DNA of 64,000 nucleotides, from positions 4,832,001 through 4,896,000 of the forward strand of contig OY970325.1 of the NCBI GenBank assembly GCA_963717145.1. The letters are read 5' to 3'. Both the position numbers and the translations under genes were made by a program. The notes beneath the pieces are model-generated. The model searched no databases and was not told the DNA's origin. It saw only the letters and a list, made by a program, of their open reading frames with translations. This stretch comes from an uncultured Armatimonadetes bacterium. GTDB taxonomy: Bacteria; Armatimonadota; UBA5829; DTJY01. This document shows, piece after piece, positions 10,354 through 19,768 of the stretch (position 1 is the first letter of the stretch; every line of letters starts with the position of its first letter).

Positions 10354-11649
10354 TCAGAGCGGCTTCACGGTGACTTCGCGGACGAGGATAGCCTTCCTCG
10401 GGCCGCTCTCAGTCAGGTGCTTGAAGTGCGAATAGGCGATGAGAAAGCTGTCCGGGCCGGTCGCGAGCAGGCCGGTGTATCCGCATGTGTCGGCGCCCTT
10501 GCCGCCGGGAATGACCGGAACCATCTCGAATGGGTCGGTCCACTTGTCGCCCTTGCCGTCGATGCAGAAGCGCACCTGCACGCCCGGACGGCCGGATGCG
10601 AGCACCAGTACCCCGTTCTCCAGGCGCAGGAGTCTTGGGAGCACGCCGTTCGGGGCGATCACCCTCGGCTTGGACCAAGTCTTGCCGTCGTCCTTCGATC
10701 GGCTGGCGTACATCGGACCGACGCCATTGCCGTCATTCGTCCGCATGGCGCAGAGGACCGATCCATCGGCGAGAACCTCAGAGCCAGGTTCCGTGAAACC
10801 CTCGCGCTTGTCGCCCTTCGGATCAGCCGTCATGTCGGGCCGATACAGAATCCTTCCCTGAATCGCCCAACTCCGGCCACTATCGGTCGAACGGTAGAAG
10901 AAGACATGGCCTTTGGTGTCCATCGTACCGTCATCGAGCAGCCGGTAACCCGGGTAGATGCCGGCGAGGATCGACCCATCGGACGCCAGCCGCAGATCGC
11001 CCCACCAGATGATCGGGAAGACGTCCCGCACGCTGTACCTCAACGCTTGCGGATCGTTCACGACCGCGTGCTCGGTGACTGCACGGTCCGCTCCCTTTGC
11101 GAGTCGGCTGATGCGGATTGTTTGGAGCTTCGGCTGGAGGTCGGTCAAGCGATACGTGATGTACTTTGCGCCGCCGTAGGTGCTGCTGAAGACGCCGACC
11201 GGTTCCGGCAGCCGGAGGTCGGCCACGTTGTATGGCTTCGGGGTCACGACTTCTATCCGGTCGCCGTTCGGGAGGAGCAGACCGGAGTCGCCCGACTTGC
11301 CGTCGAAGGGAGTCCAAGTCTTGCCTCGGTCGCGCGAGATCATGGTCGGGCGGGGACTGCCGTAGCTCTCTGTGGCATCAGCGGCGGCATTGTAGGTCAC
11401 GCAGATCGTGCCGTCCGCCCATTCGCATATTGCCGGGAACTGATACCATCCGTTTTTCGCCGGGGTATCGGACTTGGCGATTACCTGTGGCTCCGCGAAT
11501 TCGACCGAAACCGACGGCTTGCCCTTGCGGACATAGTCGGCTGAGTAAGCGTCATATGCCTCGATCTTGTTGTCCATCGTCGTCTCCGATCCGGCTGAGG
11601 GCAGTCCGATCATCACAATGGCCGGTAGTATCAGGCAGCAAATGTGCAT
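10354..11649 (-). CDS. BNR/Asp-box beta-propeller, sialidase-like (paralogue 2)
   Basis: Signal peptide; SRDRGKTW, STDSGRSW, SKDDGKTW; colinear with both neighbours. Confidence 0.8.
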   Translation of the reverse strand: MHICCLILPAIVMIGLPSAGSETTMDNKIEAYDAYSADYVRKGKPSVSVEFAEPQVIAKSDTPAKNGWYQFPAICEWADGTICVTYNAAADATESYGSPRPTMISRDRGKTWTPFDGKSGDSGLLLPNGDRIEVVTPKPYNVADLRLPEPVGVFSSTYGGAKYITYRLTDLQPKLQTIRISRLAKGADRAVTEHAVVNDPQALRYSVRDVFPIIWWGDLRLASDGSILAGIYPGYRLLDDGTMDTKGHVFFYRSTDSGRSWAIQGRILYRPDMTADPKGDKREGFTEPGSEVLADGSVLCAMRTNDGNGVGPMYASRSKDDGKTWSKPRVIAPNGVLPRLLRLENGVLVLASGRPGVQVRFCIDGKGDKWTDPFEMVPVIPGGKGADTCGYTGLLATGPDSFLIAYSHFKHLTESGPRKAILVREVTVKPL

Positions 11650-11661
11650 TGTTTCTCCATG

Positions 11662-12990
11662 TCAGAGCGGCTTCACGGTGACCTCACGGAGCTTGATCGC
11701 CTTGACGAGTTGGCCGTCATCGGCGGGATGCTTGAAGTGCGAGTAGGCGATCAGGAAGCTGTCCGGTCCGGTCGCGAGCAGACTCGTGTATCCGCATGTG
11801 TCTACATGGGGGTCCTTCTGGACCACCGGGACCATCTCGAACGGGTCGGTCCACTTGTCGCCCTTCCCGTCGGTGCAGAACCGCAGTTGGACACCCGGGC
11901 GGCCGGACGCGAGCACCAGTACGCCGTTCTCCAGGCGCAGGAGTTTCGGGAGGACGCCGTTCGGGGCGATCACTTTCGGCGCGGACCAGGTCCGGCCCAT
12001 ATCGGTCGAGCGGCTGGAGTACATCGGGCCGATGCCGACGCCGTCGGTCGTGCGGATGACGCAGAGGAGCGATCCGTCGGCCAGGACTTCGAAGGTCGGC
12101 TCACCGAATCCATCGCGCTTGTCGCCCTTCGGGTCCGCCCTGAGGTCGGGTTCGTAGAGGATGCGCCCCTGGAGCTTCCAACTGCGCCCATAGTCGGTCG
12201 AGCGGTAGAAGAAGATGTGCTTCCGCGGGTCCATGGTGCCGTCCTCGTAGAGACACGATCCGGGGTAGATGCCGGCGAGGATCGAACCGTCGGTGGCCAG
12301 GTGCAGATCGCCCCACCAGATGATCGGGAAGACGTCCCTGAGGCTGTATCTCAGCGATTGCGGATCGTCGACGACGGCATGCTCGGTCACGGCGTCCTCC
12401 GAGCCCTTCCGCAGACGCTTGATGCGGATCGTCTGCAACTTCGGCGAAAGGTCGGTCACGCGATACATGATGTATTTCATCCCGCCGTAGCTGCTGGTGA
12501 TAACCCCGATCGGCTCAGGGAGCTTCAGGTCCGTGACCTTATAGGGCTTCGGGGTCAGGACGCCGATTCGGTCACCGTTCGGGAGGAGCAGACCGGATGC
12601 GCCCCACTTGCCGGTGTGCAGCGTCCAGGACTTGCCCCGATCGCGCGAGGTCATCACGGGCCGGGGAGTGCCGTAGCTCTCGGCGGCGTCAGCGGCCGCG
12701 CTGTACGTGAGACAGAACGTGCCGTCCGCCCACGCGCCGAGAGAGGGAAACTGATACCATCCCCACTTCTCCGGCTTGTCGGACTTCGCGACGATCTGCG
12801 GCTCGGCGAAGTCCACTCTCACCGCTGACTTGCCCTTGTACTCGGTCGAGAGCGCGCCGTATGCCTCGATCTTCTTCTCGCTCATGGTTGCCTCCGAGTT
12901 GGCAGGAAATATGACCAAGCCTGCAATGACCAGCGTCATCAGCATCATTGACGACCTACATCGAATGTTGACGAGCCGTGGGGTTTCCAT
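11662..12990 (-). CDS. BNR/Asp-box beta-propeller, sialidase-like (paralogue 1)
   Basis: SRDRGKSW, STDYGRSW, STDMGRTW; start placed at ATG 12990, 6 nt after a -10 box. Confidence 0.8.
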   Translation of the reverse strand: METPRLVNIRCRSSMMLMTLVIAGLVIFPANSEATMSEKKIEAYGALSTEYKGKSAVRVDFAEPQIVAKSDKPEKWGWYQFPSLGAWADGTFCLTYSAAADAAESYGTPRPVMTSRDRGKSWTLHTGKWGASGLLLPNGDRIGVLTPKPYKVTDLKLPEPIGVITSSYGGMKYIMYRVTDLSPKLQTIRIKRLRKGSEDAVTEHAVVDDPQSLRYSLRDVFPIIWWGDLHLATDGSILAGIYPGSCLYEDGTMDPRKHIFFYRSTDYGRSWKLQGRILYEPDLRADPKGDKRDGFGEPTFEVLADGSLLCVIRTTDGVGIGPMYSSRSTDMGRTWSAPKVIAPNGVLPKLLRLENGVLVLASGRPGVQLRFCTDGKGDKWTDPFEMVPVVQKDPHVDTCGYTSLLATGPDSFLIAYSHFKHPADDGQLVKAIKLREVTVKPL

Positions 12991-12996
12991 GAGGTA

Positions 12997-13026
12997 AGAA
13001 TAGCAGTGAGGGCTATCGATGGTCAA
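12997..13026 (-). promoter_or_regulatory. sigma70-type promoter (leaderless) for the Asp-box triplet
   Basis: TTGACC-18-TATTCT with extended TG, ATG 6 nt downstream. Confidence 0.55.
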
Positions 13027-13056
13027 GCAGATGCCCGCCGGGGTGGGATGAGAAAC

Positions 13057-13173
13057 CACCGTCAGTCCTGAGTTCGCCGGTGAATGACGGCGTGTAACGA
13101 AGGACGGCTCTGTACTACAAGGCCGTCCTTCGTTACACGCCGTCATTCACCGGCGAACTCAGGACTGACGGTG
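13057..13173. repeat. Perfect 52-bp inverted repeat (REPIN-like) downstream of typA
   Basis: Arms 13057-13108 and 13122-13173 are exact reverse complements; 13-nt loop. Confidence 0.9.
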
Positions 13174-13214
13174 TGGGCCATCCGGGAAGCATAGTGAAGA
13201 ATCCGGCTGGGCGT

Positions 13215-15059
13215 CTACTGCCGGCCCGCACGTCGCCCGGCGAGTATTCGGTCCAGATCGCCGAGGATCCGCTTGCGGAACCGGAGCGCGTCCGGCGTCA
13301 CTTCGAGGAGTTCGTCATCGCCGATGAACGAGAGCGCCTGCTCCAGCGTGTAGATCCTTGGCGGTGTGATCATCACGGTCGCGTCTTCGGTCGAGGAGCG
13401 CATGTTGGTCTGTTTCTTCGCCTTGCAGACGTTCACGACCATATCGCCCGGCCGGGAGTTCTCGCCGACGACCTGGCCCTCGTAGACCTCGTCGCCCGGC
13501 GCGGTGAAGAACGCCGCCCGATCCTGGAGAGTGGCGATCGTGTAACTGGTCGCGCGACCGGTTTCCTTCGAGACGAGGCTGCCACGGGTCCGCAGGACGA
13601 TGTCGCCCCGGTGCGCGCCGTAGTACTTGAAGGTGTGCGACATCAGGCCGAGGCCCTTCGTCCACGTCAGGAAGTCCGTGCGGAATCCGATCAGTCCGCG
13701 AGTCGGCACATCGAAGACCAGGCGGTTGATGCCGACCTCGTCCTTGGTCATGTGGGTACACTCGCCCTTGCGGCGGGCGACCTCTTCCATGATCGTGCCA
13801 AGCGAATCGTCGTTGACGTCGATGATCAGCTCCTCGATCGGTTCGCAGAGCACGTGATCGATCGTCTTGGTGATCGCTCGCGGCTTGCTGACGGATACTT
13901 CGAAGCCCTCGCGCCGCATCGTTTCGAGCAGGATGGCAAGCTGGAGTTCGCCTCGTCCGGAGACATTGAGCGTGTCCGGCCTGTCGGTCGGCTCGACTCG
14001 CAGGCTGATATTGACCTTGGTTTCGCGATCGAGGCGGTTGGCGATGCTGCGCATCGTCACCCACTTGCCGCTCCGTCCGGCCCACGGGCTGTCGTTCACG
14101 ATGAAGTCCATCGAGACGGTCGGCTCGTCGATGTGAATCGGGTCGAGCGCCTCGGGGTTGTTGATATCAGCGATGGTCTCGCCGATATCGACGTGGTCGT
14201 AGCCGCTGAGCAGGACGATCTCGCCCGCCGACGCCTCCTCCACTTCGACCCGCTTGAGGCCGTCGTAGATGAACACTCTGGTCACAGAGAACGTATCAAT
14301 TGTGCCGTCGCGCTTCATGATGGCGACCGTTTCCGCTCGCCGTACCGTGCCTCTGAGGATCTTGCCGCCGAACATCCGACCGAGGTGGTCGTCGTAATCG
14401 AGGCTCGTCACCTGCAACTGGAACGGCATCCCCAACTCGGCGGTGGGAGGCGGCACATGCTTCATGATCATCTTGAACAGCGGGTCGATGTCCTTGGGCT
14501 TATCGGCCGGATCGTCGATGGCATAGCCGTCGGTTGCGGAGGCAAATATGTACGGGAAATCGAGCTGGTCCTCGTGGCATCCGAGTTCGATGAAGAGATC
14601 AAGCACTTCGTCGACGACCTCCCATGGGCGCGCGCCGGGCCGGTCGATCTTGTTGATGACGACGATTGGCTTCAGCTTCTGCTCGAGCGCCTTCTTGAGC
14701 ACGAACCGGGTCTGCGGCATCGGGCCTTCGCAGGCATCGACCAGCAGCAGGACGCCATCGACCGATCGGAGGATGCGCTCGACCTCGCCGCCGAAGTCGG
14801 AGTGGCCGGGCGTGTCTACGATGTTGATCTTCACGCCGTGGTAGTGGACGGCCGTGACCTTCGAGAGGATCGTTATGCCCTTCTCGCGCTCCAGGTCGTT
14901 CGAGTCCATCACGCGCTCGGCGACGATCTGGTTGAGGCGGAACGTGCCGCTCTGGCGCAGGATGACGTCAACGAGCGTCGTCTTCCCGTGGTCGACGTGT
15001 GCGATGATGGCGATATTGCGCATGTCCTCGCGGACTTGTGTTCTCGGTTCTGCAATCAT
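13215..15059 (-). CDS. typA: Translational GTPase TypA/BipA
   Basis: [60 protein letters not shown]. Confidence 0.97.
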   Translation of the reverse strand: MIAEPRTQVREDMRNIAIIAHVDHGKTTLVDVILRQSGTFRLNQIVAERVMDSNDLEREKGITILSKVTAVHYHGVKINIVDTPGHSDFGGEVERILRSVDGVLLLVDACEGPMPQTRFVLKKALEQKLKPIVVINKIDRPGARPWEVVDEVLDLFIELGCHEDQLDFPYIFASATDGYAIDDPADKPKDIDPLFKMIMKHVPPPTAELGMPFQLQVTSLDYDDHLGRMFGGKILRGTVRRAETVAIMKRDGTIDTFSVTRVFIYDGLKRVEVEEASAGEIVLLSGYDHVDIGETIADINNPEALDPIHIDEPTVSMDFIVNDSPWAGRSGKWVTMRSIANRLDRETKVNISLRVEPTDRPDTLNVSGRGELQLAILLETMRREGFEVSVSKPRAITKTIDHVLCEPIEELIIDVNDDSLGTIMEEVARRKGECTHMTKDEVGINRLVFDVPTRGLIGFRTDFLTWTKGLGLMSHTFKYYGAHRGDIVLRTRGSLVSKETGRATSYTIATLQDRAAFFTAPGDEVYEGQVVGENSRPGDMVVNVCKAKKQTNMRSSTEDATVMITPPRIYTLEQALSFIGDDELLEVTPDALRFRKRILGDLDRILAGRRAGRQ

Positions 15060-15187
15060 AGTCAGTCGTCAGTTCTCAGCTATCAGTCAAACCGTCCCGA
15101 CGACGGGAGTCGTCGGGGAGTACAAACGCGAAAACGGCCAAAGCTCCTCGCGGAACCTGGCCGCTGGTCTTAATCTTATCTTCCATC

Positions 15188-15217
15188 ATTATAACGGATC
15201 CGAACTGGTTTTGTCAA
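15188..15217 (-). promoter_or_regulatory. Consensus sigma70 promoter for typA
   Basis: TTGACA-18-TATAAT on the minus strand, ~130 nt upstream of the ATG. Confidence 0.75.
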
Positions 15218-15266
15218 GCTCTGTTCGCGATTGCTCGTGGCCACTCACGGATCAGCCAGGCGAGTG

Positions 15267-15791
15267 TCATAGCAACCAGCGAATGACTTGGATCAGACCG
15301 ATCACGGCTAGCGCGGCAGAGAGAGTCCAAAGAAGCATACATCCGATGGGAAAGATGCGATCGCGAAGCTTGCGAGCAGGTCGCGTCACCCATTCTGCCC
15401 TGGACTTCGTGCCATACCGCGGGTATTCCCCGTACTTGCGCATCGATTCCTGCTGGAGGCTCAAGAGCCGCTGTCGCGGGAACTCCGGCAACTGATCGAT
15501 ATCGCCTCGAAACTTCAGCATCCGAAGTATGAACGTGGGGTCTTTGTGCACGGAACCTTCGAACGCAGCAACCGCTTCCTGCATCTCAGGGTTCTTGTGT
15601 TCCTCGAGGTACCAGTAGCGCCCGGCCATCTCGGGGAACTGCAGCCTCCAGAGTATCTCCGCGAGCATAGATCTCAACGACAGGTCGTTCGGATTGGCAG
15701 CGATCAGTCCGTGCAGCCGGTCCCGCGCCTTGCCAAGTCGCCCGCTCTCGATATCCGTTCTGACCCTATGCAGTGGAGACCGATGATTCAC
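15267..15791 (-). CDS. Conserved hypothetical protein (DUF6584-like) with C-terminal TM helix
   Basis: G..GKARDRLHGLI...P..AGRYWYLEE pattern; GTGA overlap with the GH5 stop. Confidence 0.65.
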   Translation of the reverse strand: MNHRSPLHRVRTDIESGRLGKARDRLHGLIAANPNDLSLRSMLAEILWRLQFPEMAGRYWYLEEHKNPEMQEAVAAFEGSVHKDPTFILRMLKFRGDIDQLPEFPRQRLLSLQQESMRKYGEYPRYGTKSRAEWVTRPARKLRDRIFPIGCMLLWTLSAALAVIGLIQVIRWLL

Positions 15792-16879
15792 TGGCCCACC
15801 TTTGTCATCTGCTGGAACAGCTCGAGCCAGCCGACCATGAATGCGTCCGACCAGGAGCCGGACTTGCGGCATTCCTCGATCGTCTTGCCCCAGTAGAAGC
15901 CGATCCATCCGGCGGAGTCCTTCTCGGACTTGGCGAGGAACTCCCGAAGCTCGTCGACCGAGCAGTGCATCGGGAACGTCTCCTCGATGACGACCGGCTT
16001 CCCGATGGCGAACGCCTTGAGTATGTCGGACGACTCCTGGAGCTTGGGACTCTCGGGGTAGATATGCACGCAGAGGAAATCGACCTCAGGGGCGACCGTC
16101 TTTGGCGCGAAACCGGACTCGGGATCGTCAGTCGGCTTCCAGGGCAGCAGGCCAACCGTGATGAGATGCCGCTTGTCGTGCTTCCGGATCGCCAACCGCA
16201 TCGCCCTCAGCCAGTGACGGGAGATATCGGTCCGCTTGCGATCGCCCTGATCGAGGGAGATGAACTGAACGTAGTAGTAGACCTCGGCGAATGGCCCGGC
16301 GAGCCAGTCCTCACGGCGGCCCGACGGGACGACCGGCTCGTTCATGATGTCGTAGCAGAACACCCCTGGATGATCGGCGCATCGAGCCGCAACGCTCTCC
16401 CAGAATGTGGCCTGCGCGCGCCACCGATCCTTCTCGGAGAGCTTGTCGTACCAGTCGGGGATATGCTCCTTCTTGTAGCACGCGAGGCCGGTGATGTCGA
16501 GGTACAGGCCGAGACTCTCCGCATGAGAGACGAGGCGTTCGAGCCGGTCGAGCGCCTTCCGGTTCGGCTTGCTCGCAGTATCCATCAACCGCCCGAACTG
16601 CAGGTGAATGCGCACAACGTTCGCCCCGAGTGCCTTCATCTCGGCGAAGTCTTCCTGCACGGTGGGCCATTCGGTCTCCCAGTAGTCCTCCAGCATCCGG
16701 CCGTTCGAGTCGCGGTCGTAGTTGAAGCCACGGGGTGCAAACGGCTTGCCCGATGAGGCGAGGGAAAACGACTTCCCGTCCGTCCCAACCTTGACCCAAT
16801 CGAGCTTCGGTGTCTCCGAATGAGCGACGCCACCGACCAGAAGCGCCAAAAGCACAAGAATCACGGCATGTCCGTCCAT
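15788..16879 (-). CDS. Glycoside hydrolase family 5 (clan GH-A), secreted
   Basis: Signal peptide; GFNY, GANVVRIH, DIMNEP acid/base, HIYP, VVIEE nucleophile. Confidence 0.85.
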   Translation of the reverse strand: MDGHAVILVLLALLVGGVAHSETPKLDWVKVGTDGKSFSLASSGKPFAPRGFNYDRDSNGRMLEDYWETEWPTVQEDFAEMKALGANVVRIHLQFGRLMDTASKPNRKALDRLERLVSHAESLGLYLDITGLACYKKEHIPDWYDKLSEKDRWRAQATFWESVAARCADHPGVFCYDIMNEPVVPSGRREDWLAGPFAEVYYYVQFISLDQGDRKRTDISRHWLRAMRLAIRKHDKRHLITVGLLPWKPTDDPESGFAPKTVAPEVDFLCVHIYPESPKLQESSDILKAFAIGKPVVIEETFPMHCSVDELREFLAKSEKDSAGWIGFYWGKTIEECRKSGSWSDAFMVGWLELFQQMTKVGQ

Positions 16880-16885
16880 GAGTCC

Positions 16886-16914
16886 AGAATAGCAGCGGTC
16901 CGGGCGGCTGTCAA
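16886..16914 (-). promoter_or_regulatory. sigma70 promoter (leaderless) for GH5
   Basis: TTGACA-17-TATTCT with extended TG; ATG 6 nt downstream. Confidence 0.65.
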
Positions 16915-16935
16915 TCAGTGTTTGCGGGAGAAAGC

Positions 16936-16968
16936 AGACAGGCCCGGCGGACGCCGCCGGGCCTGTCT
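16936..16968 (-). terminator. Putative terminator hairpin after the ice-binding protein gene
   Basis: AGACAGGCCCGGCGG/CCGCCGGGCCTGTCT stem 10 nt after the stop; weak U tract. Confidence 0.55.
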
Positions 16969-16978
16969 CGTGAAGAGC

Positions 16979-19465
16979 TTACTTCGAGGGCTGCAGGATT
17001 CCGAGTTGGAAGCCGACGTATTCCGCATCGGCAAGCAACTTGCAGCACGCCGGGTTCTCGAACGTTGCGGCTATACCCGTGCCGTTTCCAGTCGGATTTG
17101 GTCGCGCAGGCGAGACACCGATGCAGGCATCCATGACCTCCATCTCGAAGTCGCCAAGGATCGCGGCGGCCGCAACAAGGTCGGGAGGATCCATGTCCAG
17201 GGCATCCTGGATCGCATCGAGTTTGGCCTGCAGGATCGGATAGAGCACCTCATCCGAAACCAGCGGGACTTCGTCCAGGCCGAACGGTATCTCGTGGAAC
17301 AGTTCCAGTAGATCCTTCATGCTCTGGATAGTTGCGTCCACCTGCCAGGTCCAAACCTCCGTATGGACGAAGGAAGGAAGATTCGGGCCGGGGCCGTCGT
17401 CGTCGAATAAGGCCCCTGTCCCGTAGACGATGGTCAGCGTCCACGTCGTTCCCGGCACCTCATACATCAACGGCCACCAGAGGCGGATGTTCGGTGTGCC
17501 CTGCAGGCAGATTGTGCCCGAGGGGAAGACGTCCGCACACTGGATGATCGATGGATGCTCCTTGCAGAGGAGCACGTTCTTGATCTCGTAGTCAACACCC
17601 AACTGGGCTGCGCTTACGAAGTTGGCCCAGGCGTCGCCGGGAACGATCGCGAACACGCCGGCCATCGACGATATCACGTCTGCGCCCGTCCCATTGTAGC
17701 CCTGGTACGATGTGTTCACGCCCCCCGGAGACTGGAACGCCTGGTAGACCAACTGCGGTCCGATGATCACCGTTTCCTCAGTGGTGTCGGTCACAGGGAC
17801 GGTGCCGACGACGCCGGTCACAGTGACCGAGTTGGTAAGGACCGTCGGGTCGGTAGGCAGCACAGTACGGCTCTCGGTGAACACCACGCATTCGCCGAAC
17901 GGTATGATCGGGCTGCCTCCGTTCGCTGTGAGGAAGTCGGCGATAATGTCGCCGAGATGCGAATCGACCACGCTGGTCACCGTCACGGGAAGCGTTCCGC
18001 AGTTGCAGACGGTGTACGTGTAGGTTATCAGATCGCCGACTGCGGCCGTAGCGCGGTCGGCGACCTTTGCTATACTCACGCACGGGCCCGGGACGATCGT
18101 AATGTCCCAGTTGTCTGTTGCTTCCACAAGTGTGGCCCCGTTGTGGGCGTCCACCGTAACGATGTTCCCAATCGGACTCGTATCCGTGTCCAGCACCGTG
18201 CGGGTCTTGGTGAATGTCGTACACGCGCCGCCGAGAAGGGTCGCGCCGCCATTCGCCGTTGTGAAGTCGGTAGTCAGAGGTCCCAGTAGTGTGTCGGACA
18301 CGCTGTCCACCGTGAGTGTCGCCGTCCCGCAGTTGCAGACCACGAACGTGTAGGTCACCACATCGTCAACCGATGCAATGATGTGGTCGGCGGTCTTCAC
18401 TATGTCCACGCAAACGGTTGGTGTAGTCGGCACGATGTCCACGCTCGCGGATGCGCTGTCCGTCGCGGTGCCTGTGGTGTCATGGACGTTGACGGTAACC
18501 GTGTTGTCGAGCGGATCAGCGTCGGCGCCCGTCACCAGGTGATTCACGGTGAACACCGAGCATCCTCCGACTGGAATCGTCGCGCCCCCGTTCGCCGCCG
18601 TGAACGTGCCGGTCAGGGTGCCAATAGGCACGTCGACCACGCTGTCCACCGTGATCGTCGTCGGTCCGCAGTTGCAGATGGTGTACGTGTAGATGATCGT
18701 ATCACCGATGGCGGCCGAGGGGCGGTTCGCGTCCTTCAGGATGCTGACGCAGGGGTGGCTCGGCACGCAGATGCTGTTGACGAACTCCGAGCCGCTGATC
18801 GTCACATGGGCAGTCCTGGCCAGCGCCCGGCCCTGAAGTGTGCCGCCATCGAGCGTAACACTCGCGAGCGCCATGATATTGCCTACGAAGTCAGTGCCTG
18901 AGAAAATGGTCGCGGATGAGCCGACCTGCCAGAAGACGTTGCAGGGCGATGCACCGTTGATCAGAGTTACGCTGGCGCCTGTGGCGGTGGTCAGAGTGCT
19001 GCCGATCTGGAAGATCCAGCACGCGTTCGGATCGCCCTGGGCGTCCAGAGTCAGATTGCCGGTAAGTGCTGCCGACGTCGAGAAGAAGTAGACCCCGGGA
19101 AGAAGCGGGTTCCCCGCATTGTATGTGCCCAGATCGATGCCGGTGAGAACCCCGGTGGTCGCAGCGCCAGCCGCGGCATTGTAAGCGGCGGTCAGATCGA
19201 CTTGTGCCTGTGCGGTCACTGCATTGGAGGTGGTGTACAGCGTGCCCACGACAACCCCGGGTGGGAATCCCACGACCGCGGGGATGGGAGAACTGCCCAC
19301 GTCGCCCTGTACGACAGTACCAGGGACGGAGTTTGTAACGCCGCTGCCACCGAGCAGTGCAAAGTCAGCCGCTGTCCCAAGATTGACGCAAGCGGCGTGT
19401 GCATTCACCGGCAGCAGCAGGAGAACCAGGAGTACTACCAGTGGTAGAACATGTTGCCCTTTCAA
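16979..19465 (-). CDS. Secreted DUF3494 ice-binding-domain protein with three Ig-like (DUF11/DUF7507-like) repeats and an unknown C-terminal domain
   Basis: VNLGTAADFALLGGSGVTN, PGVY, LTLDAQGDPNA.WIFQIGSTLTT, NVFWQVGSSAT, GRALA; three 'VSI.K.A...A.VGD.ITYTY.VCNCG' repeats. Confidence 0.85.
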   Translation of the reverse strand: MKGQHVLPLVVLLVLLLLPVNAHAACVNLGTAADFALLGGSGVTNSVPGTVVQGDVGSSPIPAVVGFPPGVVVGTLYTTSNAVTAQAQVDLTAAYNAAAGAATTGVLTGIDLGTYNAGNPLLPGVYFFSTSAALTGNLTLDAQGDPNACWIFQIGSTLTTATGASVTLINGASPCNVFWQVGSSATIFSGTDFVGNIMALASVTLDGGTLQGRALARTAHVTISGSEFVNSICVPSHPCVSILKDANRPSAAIGDTIIYTYTICNCGPTTITVDSVVDVPIGTLTGTFTAANGGATIPVGGCSVFTVNHLVTGADADPLDNTVTVNVHDTTGTATDSASASVDIVPTTPTVCVDIVKTADHIIASVDDVVTYTFVVCNCGTATLTVDSVSDTLLGPLTTDFTTANGGATLLGGACTTFTKTRTVLDTDTSPIGNIVTVDAHNGATLVEATDNWDITIVPGPCVSIAKVADRATAAVGDLITYTYTVCNCGTLPVTVTSVVDSHLGDIIADFLTANGGSPIIPFGECVVFTESRTVLPTDPTVLTNSVTVTGVVGTVPVTDTTEETVIIGPQLVYQAFQSPGGVNTSYQGYNGTGADVISSMAGVFAIVPGDAWANFVSAAQLGVDYEIKNVLLCKEHPSIIQCADVFPSGTICLQGTPNIRLWWPLMYEVPGTTWTLTIVYGTGALFDDDGPGPNLPSFVHTEVWTWQVDATIQSMKDLLELFHEIPFGLDEVPLVSDEVLYPILQAKLDAIQDALDMDPPDLVAAAAILGDFEMEVMDACIGVSPARPNPTGNGTGIAATFENPACCKLLADAEYVGFQLGILQPSK

Positions 19466-19768
19466 AGTAATCCCTCCTCATGCGAAAATGCTGGCATGGC
19501 TCATGTGGCCGGTCTATCGGCGCATTATGCCATGCTCGGCTGGATACGGGCCGCAGTGTTGCACGACCCGATAATAACTGTATCCGCGACGGGTCTCATC
19601 TAAACATATAACACTATGTCACAGGTCAACTCGGGTATCACTAGCACAAGCGCAAATACTGGAGGCGCTCACTTGGAGAGAGATCGCTCGGACAGGCTGC
19701 CTCCCGCCTCAAAGGAATCCGCACCGCCTGCGACTAACAATCCATCATATCCGGAACAGGGAGGCTGA

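Noticed and set aside
13173-15173. Long antisense ORFs (also 20255-22048, 34156-35808, 62584-63702)
   Set aside because: Shadow frames of high-GC genes (typA, GH172, GxGYxYP, GH38) with no motifs
19466-19640. Riboswitch upstream of the ice-binding gene
   Set aside because: Some short stems exist, but I cannot match them to c-di-GMP or other known aptamer consensus
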